Positions 1 through 7,516 of a DNA stretch of 13,821 nucleotides are shown one piece after another. Position 1 is the stretch's first letter; each line of letters starts with the position of its first letter. The position numbers and the translations under genes were made by a program. This DNA comes from Candidatus Eiseniibacteriota bacterium (GTDB taxonomy: Bacteria > Eisenbacteria > RBG-16-71-46), in the NCBI GenBank assembly GCA_031364845.1, contig JANLWX010000155.1:1-13821 (forward strand). Reading direction: 5' to 3'. The notes under the pieces were generated by a model. That model saw only the letters and a program-made list of their open reading frames with translations, had not been told where the DNA came from and did not search any database.

Positions 1-336
1 CAGATGTTCGAACGCTGGATACTCGAAGACATGGAGATCGGTGGTGTGCGGGTGCCGAAGGGCGCCGAGCTCGGACTCTTGTTCGGATCCGCGAACCGCG
101 ATCCTGCCGCGTTCGACCGGCCCGATGTGCTCGACCTCGCGCGAGACCCCAACCCGCACCTGAGCTTCGGAGCCGGAATCCACTTCTGCCTCGGCGCTCC
201 GCTCGCGCGGATGGAAGCGCAGATCCTGCTCGAAGCAATCGTGCGGCGGATGCCCGGGCTCTCGCTGGCCGAGGAGCCGGTGTGGAAGCCGGGCTACATC
301 ATCCGCGGGCTCGAGGCATTGCGCGTGCGGGTGTAG
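1..336 (+). CDS. Cytochrome P450, C-terminal part (5' partial, frame open at window start)
   Basis: Heme-binding signature HLSFGAGIHFCLG (FxxGxHxCxG, Cys codon TGC at 187-189), preceded by the SANRDP..F..PD..D..R..NPH segment typical of bacterial P450s; stop TAG at 334-336. Confidence 0.95.
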   Translation, partial: QMFERWILEDMEIGGVRVPKGAELGLLFGSANRDPAAFDRPDVLDLARDPNPHLSFGAGIHFCLGAPLARMEAQILLEAIVRRMPGLSLAEEPVWKPGYIIRGLEALRVRV

Positions 337-388
337 CCGGTTTTCACGGCCGACGCCGCAGATTGGGCGGCGACCGCGGCTGCACGCT

Positions 389-418
389 TTGGCGGATCGT
401 TACCGGCGCCGGTACAGT
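389..418 (+). promoter_or_regulatory. Possible sigma70-type promoter for the phosphatase gene
   Basis: TTGGCG (389-394), 18-nt spacer, TACAGT (413-418), just upstream of ATG 431, which has no clear Shine-Dalgarno. Weak match only. Confidence 0.25.
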
Positions 419-430
419 CAACGCCTCGCC

Positions 431-3232
431 ATGATCGACGATCCCCGACACACGCGCCCCGCCTCGGCGGCTCGCTTCACGACCGCGAATCTCCTGCTGC
501 TCGTGATCTCGATCATGGTGGTCGTGGGAGCGTTCGTATACGCGACCTATGCCCGCCAGGTCGCAGGCCGCAGGGTGTGGGTCGGCCTGAACTACATGAC
601 GTCCGACACACTGCTCGCCCGGCGCAGCGGAGCTTTCATGCTCGGCAAGAAGTTCGTTCCGGGCGGTGTGCTCGAGGTGACGCCGCGGGGCCCGGCGGAT
701 GTTGCGGGCCTGCGCGCGGGGGATCGCGTGCTCTCGATCAATGGTATCCCCGCGCGGGCGGAATCCGTGCTGGCGCTGCTCGGGCCCCGGACCCGTCCCG
801 GCGAGCGGCTGGGCTACCGGGTCGCGCGCAGCACCGATACGCTCACCCTCGCGGTCGCGCCGATCTCGGGCGAAGATCACAACCGCCGATCGGTTCCCTG
901 GTTCTACAATGTCGTGGCGCTCGCGACCTGGTTGATCGGACTGTTCGTTTCGATCCGCCTGCCGCGCGACCGGCGCGCGGCGCTGTTCGGACTGACCTGC
1001 GCGACCGCGGCCGCGACCTATCTCATGACGCCGCTGATCAAGAACCCGTCGCAGACCGACGGCATCCGCCCGGCCGGCAATCTCACGCTCGAGCTGGGTC
1101 TGGTCATCGGCGTGATCGCGTTCACCGCGATGGTGTTTTCGGCGCTCCTGCTCCACTTCGCGCTCGTGTTCCCGCACCGCCGTCCGGGTGTCCGAACGCA
1201 TCCCGAGTGGCTGCATGCGATCTATGCCGCACTGCTTTACCCGCCGATCGGATTCGCCGCCTCGATCGGCGCCAGCATCCTCGCGCGCCGCGCGGGCGTG
1301 ATCGCGACCGTGGGGGTGATCGCCGCGTGGCTGATCGGGGCGTTCGTGTTCGCGCGCCGCCGCATGCCGGCGCCGGGATTGCGCGAGCGCAGTCTGAGAC
1401 AGCCGTGGCTCTCGATGATTCTCATCGCGGGAGTCAGCGTGATCGTCTCCATGGCGGCCGTCCAGTTCATGGGACCCGCCCTGCGTCCGGTCCGGATCGG
1501 ACTGCTCACGACCGCGATGATGGTGCCGCTCGTCGGATTCTTCCTGCTGCCGTTCGGCTTCGGCATCGCCACGATCGTGGCACTGGTGCGCAGCTTCCGT
1601 GAGAGCGGCATCGAGGAACGCCAGCAGATCCGCTGGCCGCTGTGGGGCATCGTGATCTCGGTCGGTCTGTCGCTCGTGCTCACGGTCGTGAGCGTCGGGC
1701 TCGCGATCGGACTCGACACGCAGACCATGCTGCGGCTTCAGCCCGCGGTCTCGGCGCTGACCGGCCTGTCGACGTTGATCATTCCGATCACGTTCGCCGT
1801 CGGCATTCTCAAGTACCGCCTCATGGATCTCGATGTCGTGATCCGGCGCGCATCGATCTACGGCGTGTCGCTCGGCGTGCTGGCGCTGGTGTTCGTGGCA
1901 CTGGTCGCGGGCCTCGGCGGGCTGATCGGCCAGTTGCTCGGGCTCGCGAGCCACGTCGTGACCTCGGGCGCCACGGTCGCGGTCGCGCTGATCGCGGTGC
2001 CCGCGTTCCGGCGCGTGCAGAACCTGCTCGACCGCAGTTTCTTCCGCACGCGCTACGACGCGGCGGCCGTGCTGCGCCGGATCGGCGATGTGGCGGCTCA
2101 GGTGTCGGACACCGCCACACTCGGACGGCGCGCGATCGAAGAGCTTCAGGCAGCGCTGCGCTGCCGAACCGCGGCGTTGCTCGTGCGTCGCGGCAATACG
2201 CTGGTGCCTGTCGCGGCACTTGGAGTCGATCCGGAGAAGCTGGACCGCGTTCCGGTGGAGGCCGCGTTCACCGGACCGCACGCGGCGGGCACGCACTTGC
2301 GAGTGCTGGGGCTCAGCGGCCCGCTCGCCGTCGTCGCGGGGCAGGCGCGTGCCGACATGCTGGTCCCTGCGCGGCATCGCGGCGAGCTCCACGGCGTGCT
2401 GGCGCTGGGCGCCAAACTCTCGGACGAGGACTTCACGCTGGGAGATCTCGAGTTCCTCACCGCCGCGGCCGGGCAGATCGCGGCCGGCATCGCCAGCTCA
2501 CGCGCGAGCGGCCAGAACCGTGAGTTGAACGAAGCGCGCGAGATCCAGGCGAGCCTGCTGCCCGCGCAATTGCCGGCGTTCGAAGGCTTCGATCTCGCCG
2601 CGCACTGGCAGCCGGCGCAGCAGGTCGCGGGCGACTACTACGACGCGTTCGTGATCGAGGCGCGCGGCCTCGCGGTGTGCATGGCCGACGTGACCGGCAA
2701 GGGCATGCCCGCCGCACTGCTGATGTCCAATCTGCAGGCGATGGTCAAGGCGTTCGCGCCGATCGCGTCCGGGCCCGCGGCACTGGTCGAGCGGCTCAAT
2801 CGGGTGCTCGGCACCCAGCTTACGCCGGGACGATTCGTCACGCTGTTCTACGCCGAGGTCGATGCGCGCACGCGCGTGATGAGCTACGTGAACGCGGGCC
2901 ACAATCACCCGCTGCTGTTGCGCGCGGACGGCCGCGCGGAATGGCTCGATCGCGGCGGACCGTTGCTGGGTCCGGTGCCCGATGCGGTGTTCGAGCAGGG
3001 TGCCGTGACGATCGAACCCGGCGACCGCATCGTGCTCTACACCGACGGCATCACCGAAGCCGAGGGCGCGGATCGCGGGCTGTTTGGGGAGGACCGGCTG
3101 CTCGACGCCGTGCGCGATTCAGCGCCGGGCGATGCGGGGACGATCCAGCGCGCGCTGCTCGCCGCGGTGAGTGCCCATTGCGGCGCTGAGTTCCAGGACG
3201 ACGCCACGGTGCTGGTGATCGCGGCGAACTGA
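431..3232 (+). CDS. Membrane-bound PP2C-family (SpoIIE/RsbU-like) Ser/Thr phosphatase with N-terminal PDZ domain, multi-TM region and GAF-like domain
   Basis: PDZ-like VLEVTPRGPADVAGLRAGDRVLSING after the first TM helix. Many hydrophobic helices end in FAVGILKYRLMDLD...VQNLLDRSFFR. GAF-like segment LVPARHRGELHGVLALG. PP2C motifs AREIQASLLP, VAGDYYD, ADVTGKGMPAAL, FVTLFY, NAGH, LYTDGITEA, DDATVL. ATG 431 preferred to the in-frame TTG 389. Confidence 0.92.
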   Translation: MIDDPRHTRPASAARFTTANLLLLVISIMVVVGAFVYATYARQVAGRRVWVGLNYMTSDTLLARRSGAFMLGKKFVPGGVLEVTPRGPADVAGLRAGDRVLSINGIPARAESVLALLGPRTRPGERLGYRVARSTDTLTLAVAPISGEDHNRRSVPWFYNVVALATWLIGLFVSIRLPRDRRAALFGLTCATAAATYLMTPLIKNPSQTDGIRPAGNLTLELGLVIGVIAFTAMVFSALLLHFALVFPHRRPGVRTHPEWLHAIYAALLYPPIGFAASIGASILARRAGVIATVGVIAAWLIGAFVFARRRMPAPGLRERSLRQPWLSMILIAGVSVIVSMAAVQFMGPALRPVRIGLLTTAMMVPLVGFFLLPFGFGIATIVALVRSFRESGIEERQQIRWPLWGIVISVGLSLVLTVVSVGLAIGLDTQTMLRLQPAVSALTGLSTLIIPITFAVGILKYRLMDLDVVIRRASIYGVSLGVLALVFVALVAGLGGLIGQLLGLASHVVTSGATVAVALIAVPAFRRVQNLLDRSFFRTRYDAAAVLRRIGDVAAQVSDTATLGRRAIEELQAALRCRTAALLVRRGNTLVPVAALGVDPEKLDRVPVEAAFTGPHAAGTHLRVLGLSGPLAVVAGQARADMLVPARHRGELHGVLALGAKLSDEDFTLGDLEFLTAAAGQIAAGIASSRASGQNRELNEAREIQASLLPAQLPAFEGFDLAAHWQPAQQVAGDYYDAFVIEARGLAVCMADVTGKGMPAALLMSNLQAMVKAFAPIASGPAALVERLNRVLGTQLTPGRFVTLFYAEVDARTRVMSYVNAGHNHPLLLRADGRAEWLDRGGPLLGPVPDAVFEQGAVTIEPGDRIVLYTDGITEAEGADRGLFGEDRLLDAVRDSAPGDAGTIQRALLAAVSAHCGAEFQDDATVLVIAAN

Positions 3233-3262
3233 CGGACCCGGGAGATCCGCCGGAGTATCGCT

Positions 3263-4384
3263 CTACTTCAGGATGAACGGCACCGTGAAGCGGATCGTGG
3301 TTCCGTTCGGTTGCGCCGCCTCGGCGACCACCGTTCCGGAGTGGGCTTCGACGAACGTCTTCACGATCGCAAGGCCGAGCCCCGTGCTTCCGTCGCGGTC
3401 GGGATCGCCTTCGCCCTTGTCGAAGACCTTGTCCATCAGTTCAGCGGGAATGCCGGTACCGTTGTCGGTCACCCAGCATTCGACCAGGCCATCGAGCGCC
3501 ACGACCTGCGCGCCGATGTGGACCTCTCCACGAGCCGTGTACGCGATCGCATTGGCGATCAGGTTCTGAAAGATCCGCTTCAGCAGTCCGGCGTCGGCGA
3601 AGATCACGAGATCCTCGGGCACCGCGTTGACCAGCAGTGTGCTCGAGGTCCCGGCGACCGGATGCAGGTCGTGGATCAGCGCCTCGACGAGCGGCCACAG
3701 ATCGAGATGGCGGCGCGCGAGTTTGAGACCGCTCTCGGTTTCGAGGTTGCTGTTCTCCTCGAGAACCTTGACGACCAGACTCTCCAGATGACCGACGTTG
3801 CGATGGAGCGACTTGATCATGCGGCCGACCTCGGGAGATCCGCCGGGGCTGTCGGTCTTCAGCTCGAGCACCCGTGCCGCGAGTGCGATGGCATTGAGCG
3901 GAGTGCGCAGGTCGTGCGCCACGAACGCGAGGTATTCTTCGCGCCGGCGCTGGACATCGAGCGCTCGCTGCGTGGCGAAGCTGTCGACGGCGAGGCCGAT
4001 CGCGCCGTCGAGCACGCGGTTCAAGATGTGGAACGCCTCGCCCGCCAAGGAGATCTCATTGGTCTCGGCCAGGTCGTGCACGCAACCGCGCAGGATGTTG
4101 TACTCGGCAACGACTTCGGCGATGTCGAAGCCATCCTCGAGGCGCTGCACGCCATGCGCCGGAGGAGTCCCTTCGATCAAAGCATGCGCGATCGATTCAT
4201 CGGAGCGCGTCTCGAGCGCCGTGGCCAGTTCTTCGAGCAGCGCCGGGATGTGATCGTTGAGCGTGGGCACGTCGAGATGCCGGGCCGAAACGAGCTCACG
4301 CACCTGTCCCCGCCATGTCGCGAGCAACTGATCGCGGTCGCGGCGAATCAACGTCGCGAGCGTGGCGAGTTCGAGGCGGGTCAA
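3263..4384 (-). CDS. Soluble sensor histidine kinase (HisKA + HATPase_c) with N-terminal RsbRD_N-like helical domain
   Basis: H-box FVAHDLRTPL, N-box FQNLIANAI, G1 DNGTGI, G2 GLGLAI. N-terminal HGVQRLEDGFDIAEVVAEYNILR resembles RsbRD_N-type domains. No TM segment. TTG start immediately follows the upstream TAG stop. Confidence 0.92.
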   Translation of the reverse strand: MTRLELATLATLIRRDRDQLLATWRGQVRELVSARHLDVPTLNDHIPALLEELATALETRSDESIAHALIEGTPPAHGVQRLEDGFDIAEVVAEYNILRGCVHDLAETNEISLAGEAFHILNRVLDGAIGLAVDSFATQRALDVQRRREEYLAFVAHDLRTPLNAIALAARVLELKTDSPGGSPEVGRMIKSLHRNVGHLESLVVKVLEENSNLETESGLKLARRHLDLWPLVEALIHDLHPVAGTSSTLLVNAVPEDLVIFADAGLLKRIFQNLIANAIAYTARGEVHIGAQVVALDGLVECWVTDNGTGIPAELMDKVFDKGEGDPDRDGSTGLGLAIVKTFVEAHSGTVVAEAAQPNGTTIRFTVPFILK

Positions 4385-5242
4385 CTACGAAGCTTTCTTC
4401 GCGCGTTCCTCGGGCTGGCTCTGGCGCAGGATCTGCGCCTCGCGCTTGCGCGCCCATCCGTCGATGGCCCGCACCAGTTCCGGCGGTGGGGCGATCGCGA
4501 AATCCTTCGCGGTCGCCATGCGGCCTTCGAGCAGCAGCGCCTTCGGCTGGTGGTAGGTGCCGAAGACCCAGTCGGCGATCGGCAGGCCGAAGAAGCCCGA
4601 GATCGCCTCGTTGCAGGAGATGTTCGCGTGGTGCATGTGATGGAATCCGTAGATGCGACGCCACAGGCCGCCGAAGCGCGGATGCTCGGTGGCGCTCTTC
4701 CACCACTCGTAGGGGCGATGCTCCATCGCGTGCAGGATCTCGTAGAGCGCCATCGAGAACGCGACCGCGCCGTAGCCGCCGATCAGGATCGGGAGTTTGG
4801 GAAACATGATCTGCACGCCTGCCAGCAGGGGGGTAAAAATCGCGGAGAACGCGATCATCGCGTAGACCGGGAACGCCGAGTCCTCGAACTGCTCCGCATC
4901 CGTGATCGGATAGCGGTTGAGGATGTAGCGGTCGGATCCGGTGGACACCGCCTGCAGCTTGATCGGGGTCAGGCCATGATGATTGCGGTGTCCGTGGGCG
5001 AAGCGCGAGAGCACCTTGAACGTGATGGAGTGCAGCACGTAGCGGTGGAACGCCCATTCGAAGAAGCACAGCACCATGTGGGTCGCGGCGAACACCAGGA
5101 AGAACGCGAGCGGTCCTGCAGCGATCTGATTCGCCCACACGTTGGGCAGGAATGTCCGGATGCCGAGCATCAACAGCACGAACTGCGCGACGGTCTGGAC
5201 GCTGAACCAGAAGATGGAGAACTTCTTTCTTTCCTGAGCCAT
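4385..5242 (-). CDS. Membrane di-metal His-motif protein, fatty acid hydroxylase/sterol desaturase superfamily
   Basis: Four His clusters EWAFHRYVLH, GHRNHH, YEILHAMEH, FHHMHH separated by TM pairs. ATG 5242 (MAQERKK) has GGGGA upstream and is preferred to the track start at 5389. Confidence 0.82.
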   Translation of the reverse strand: MAQERKKFSIFWFSVQTVAQFVLLMLGIRTFLPNVWANQIAAGPLAFFLVFAATHMVLCFFEWAFHRYVLHSITFKVLSRFAHGHRNHHGLTPIKLQAVSTGSDRYILNRYPITDAEQFEDSAFPVYAMIAFSAIFTPLLAGVQIMFPKLPILIGGYGAVAFSMALYEILHAMEHRPYEWWKSATEHPRFGGLWRRIYGFHHMHHANISCNEAISGFFGLPIADWVFGTYHQPKALLLEGRMATAKDFAIAPPPELVRAIDGWARKREAQILRQSQPEERAKKAS

Positions 5243-5338
5243 TGCCAAAGTTTTCCCCCGGGAGAGCGGAGTGCTGGGGCCGCCAAATGGGCCCGATTCA
5301 AACCGATATTGTGCTGGGCAATCCGGCCGACAGAGCGT

Positions 5339-5394
5339 AAAAACATCCGCGACCGCCCAATCTGACACGCAGTGGGCGCTCGCGGTCATGGATG
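5339..5394 (-). terminator. Long imperfect hairpin followed by a T5 tract; candidate intrinsic terminator downstream of murB
   Basis: CATCC(5344-48)/GGATG(5390-94), GACC(5351-54)/GGTC(5384-87), GCCCA(5355-59)/TGGGC(5373-77), CTG/CAG inner stem. AAAAA at 5339-5343 gives UUUUU directly 3' of the stem on the minus strand. Confidence 0.45.
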
Positions 5395-5509
5395 CTCCGA
5401 ACCCCAGCGCCCCGAGAGACTACCACCGACCTTGGTCGGGGGGCCATGGGCCCTTGGGACCAGGCCGAGGCTTGACGAGGTCTGGACGCTAGCGCTCCTG
5501 CGAGGTCGG

Positions 5510-6493
5510 TTACCCAGCCTCGGGTATCGGCCTTTCGCCAAGGAACATCACTTCTTCCTCGAGCTCGACCCCGAACTTCTCGCGGACCCGCCCCTTCATG
5601 AGCTCGGCGAGTTCGAGCACCTCGCGCGCGGTCGCGCGGCCCGCATTCACGATGATGTTCGCGTGCTTGGCGAACACCATCGCGTCGCCGACCCGAAGCC
5701 CGCGGCACTCGCACTCGTCGAGCAGCTGGCCCGCCGCCACCCGGTACGTGCCCGGCGAGAGCTTGGCCCCCGGCATCCGCCAGTCGGGCGGCAGGTTCTT
5801 GAAGTACGAGCCCGCCGTCGGTTCGACGCGCCATTGCGGATGCTTCACGCGGCGAATCTCGAGCTTCTCCTCGATCTCGCGCGCGCTCGCCGCGGGATCG
5901 CCCTTCTGGAGCTGGAGCAGGCACGACAGCAACACGCGCGGGTCGCGCTTGAGCCTGGAATCGCGGTAGGCGAACTCGAACCACGACGCCGGGCGCGTCT
6001 CGACCTTGGCGCCGTCGACGGTCGCGATCGTGCACTCGATCGTGAACGAGCCGATGTCCTTGCCGTAGCAGCCCGCGTTGCCGAACAGCGCCCCGCCGAC
6101 CGAACCCGGAATCCCCGCGGCGAACTCGAGGCCGGAAAGCTCACGATCGCGGCAATAGAGGATGAAGTCGAGGAAGTCCGCACCGCACCCGACGTGGGCC
6201 ACCGTGCCGTCCAGTTCGACCGAGGCGCACGCGTTGCGGATCACGAGCCCGCGGAAGCCTTCGTCCGAGACCAACAGATTGCTGCCGCCGCCGAGCAGGA
6301 ACAGCGGCATCTCGATCTCGTGCGCAATGCGCAGGGCCGCGACCATCTCGTCCGGCGTGCGCGCCGCGTAGAAAAAGTCGGCCGGGCCGCCGATGCGAAA
6401 CGTCGTGTGGTGGCGCAGCGGCTCGTTGGTGAGGAGCAGATCGCCGAGCACCTTGCGCAGGCGCTCTTCGGCGGTCGCGACGCGTTGCATCAT
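5510..6493 (-). CDS. murB: UDP-N-acetylenolpyruvoylglucosamine reductase (UDP-N-acetylmuramate dehydrogenase)
   Basis: Motifs HTTFRIGGPA, LGGGSNLLV, GLEFAAGIPGSVGGAL.GNAG.YG, FAYRDS, AGSYFKN, KHANIIVN, FGVELEEEV. ATG 6493 has AAGGTG 8 nt upstream; alternative in-frame start at 6520. Confidence 0.97.
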   Translation of the reverse strand: MMQRVATAEERLRKVLGDLLLTNEPLRHHTTFRIGGPADFFYAARTPDEMVAALRIAHEIEMPLFLLGGGSNLLVSDEGFRGLVIRNACASVELDGTVAHVGCGADFLDFILYCRDRELSGLEFAAGIPGSVGGALFGNAGCYGKDIGSFTIECTIATVDGAKVETRPASWFEFAYRDSRLKRDPRVLLSCLLQLQKGDPAASAREIEEKLEIRRVKHPQWRVEPTAGSYFKNLPPDWRMPGAKLSPGTYRVAAGQLLDECECRGLRVGDAMVFAKHANIIVNAGRATAREVLELAELMKGRVREKFGVELEEEVMFLGERPIPEAG

Positions 6494-6634
6494 CGGGTCT
6501 TCACCTTTCCGGTCGGACATTGAGGTCGTGTGATGCGCGTACCTTGCCGTCCTCGCGCGCTCGGGTCAATGGAGCGCCTCGCGCTGCGGACTATCGGCGG
6601 CTGCGGCGTGCGCCTTCCCCGAGTCTTCGGCCGG

Positions 6635-6663
6635 TTGGTCGGCCGGAAACAGACCGCTATAGT
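6635..6663 (+). promoter_or_regulatory. Putative sigma70 promoter for the selenoprotein-DUF2231 unit
   Basis: TTGGTC (6635-6640), 17-nt spacer, TATAGT (6658-6663), in the divergent intergenic region ~95 nt upstream of ATG 6757. Confidence 0.5.
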
Positions 6664-6756
6664 GACTTCGTGCCGCGGCCGGCATCATGACGGCCCGGGC
6701 GCACTGCGACCTGATGAGACCCCTTGGCCGCGACATCCTCTGACCGGGAGAGTTCC

Positions 6757-6978
6757 ATGGCGACGATCGAGATCACCTACTGCGTACAGTGAAACTACCT
6801 TCCCCGGGCCTCCAGTCTGGCGGCCGAGATCAAGAAGACCCGCGGCATCGACGCGACCCTTCGCCGCGGTTCGGGCGGCCAGTTCGAGGTGACGCTCGAT
6901 GGAGCCGTGATCTTCTCGAAGAAGCAACTCGGACGATTTCCCGATCCGCAGGAAATCCTGAGCCAGATTCCGACCTGA
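6757..6978 (+). CDS. SelT/SelW/SelH (Rdx) family selenoprotein, 73 aa, selenocysteine encoded by in-frame TGA at 6790-6792
   Basis: GGGAGAG RBS then ATG 6757. Manual translation MATIEITYCVQ-U-NYLPRASSLAAEIKKTRGIDATLRRGSGGQFEVTLDGAVIFSKKQLGRFPDPQEILSQIPT*. Rdx hallmarks lie on both sides of the TGA: I.I.YCxxU, Y.PRA..LA, G.GG.FEV..DG..IFSK....RFP...EI. Absent from the ORF track because of the TGA. Confidence 0.93.
6805..6826 (+). promoter_or_regulatory. Candidate bacterial SECIS hairpin
   Basis: GGCC(6807-10)/GGCC(6822-25), T.C mismatch, CCA(6812-14)/TGG(6818-20), apical loop GTC (6815-17) starting 23 nt after the TGA. A G at the start of the loop and this spacing fit the bacterial SECIS consensus. 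Confidence 0.65.
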
Positions 6979-6997
6979 CGTTGGCCGCACGAGCCGC

Positions 6998-7393
6998 GTG
7001 AGCCTGCGCCAGCATCCGCTTCATCCGATCCTCGCGATCTTTCCGCTCTCGCTGCTGGCCGCGAGCGTGGCGCTCGATGTATACGGGCTCGCGGTGCGGG
7101 ACTCGGTCACGAACGCCGGCGCGCGTTGGGCGCTGGGTGCCGGCGCGATCGCGGGCGTGATCGCCGCGATCCCCGGCATCGCCAACATGCTCTCCTACCC
7201 TGGGCCCGCTCGAAGCGCGCCATTGCGACATGGCGTGCTCAACGGCGGACTCATCGTGCTGATGGGGCTCGGGTGGTGGCTGCGCGATGCAGGTGATGCG
7301 GCGCCGAGCGCGGTGGCGCTCGCGGTCTCTGCGGCGGCGGTCGTGATCGCGGTGGTCGCGTGGCGGATGGGCGTGCGGCTGACGCGGGGGTGA
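6998..7393 (+). CDS. DUF2231-like small membrane protein (about 4 TM helices)
   Basis: N-terminal HPLHPILAIFPLSL motif, AAIPG and RHGVLN segments, four hydrophobic stretches. GTG start 19 nt after the selenoprotein stop. Confidence 0.8.
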   Translation: MSLRQHPLHPILAIFPLSLLAASVALDVYGLAVRDSVTNAGARWALGAGAIAGVIAAIPGIANMLSYPGPARSAPLRHGVLNGGLIVLMGLGWWLRDAGDAAPSAVALAVSAAAVVIAVVAWRMGVRLTRG

Positions 7394-7450
7394 GAGGGGG
7401 GGCGCTGCTTGGAACGGGTTGATGTGCTTCAGGCCGCAAAGTCAGGATAA

Positions 7451-7516
7451 GGTCGAAGTGAAAAGCCTTCGACCACCACCTCGCGTCGGCAATTGCCCTG
7501 GCCGGCGCGAGGCGGT
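7451..7516. terminator. Two adjacent stem-loops between convergent genes
   Basis: GGTCGAAG(7451-58)/CTTCGACC(7467-74) perfect 8-bp stem, immediately followed by a 16-bp stem 7475-7490/7501-7516 with two non-Watson-Crick positions. No clear U tract. Confidence 0.4.

Noticed and set aside
344..2392. 682-aa minus-strand ORF
   Set aside because: Antisense shadow of the phosphatase gene; Arg/His/Asp-rich with no motifs, as expected from GC-rich codon bias.
3311..5365. 684-aa plus-strand ORF (and similarly 5372..6523)
   Set aside because: Antisense shadows of the kinase/hydroxylase pair and of murB. The first spans two genes only because they are in the same frame.
6711..6795. CTGATGAG at 6711 as a hammerhead ribozyme core, or GAGACCCCTTG as a yybP-ykoY riboswitch end
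   Set aside because: No stem II closing onto a GAAA at the right place (the next GAAAC is at 6791 inside the CDS), and the GGGGAGTAGC-like 5' motif of yybP-ykoY is absent.
6757..6978. Reading the Rdx gene as a nonsense pseudogene
   Set aside because: The only interruption is a TGA exactly at the catalytic Cys/Sec position, followed by a SECIS-like hairpin, with the rest of the frame intact.
6685..7001. Track ORFs 6789..7001 (+), 6685..6990 (-) and 6530..6892 (+)
   Set aside because: Wrong-frame or antisense readings over the selenoprotein gene, whose frame has an RBS and family motifs.
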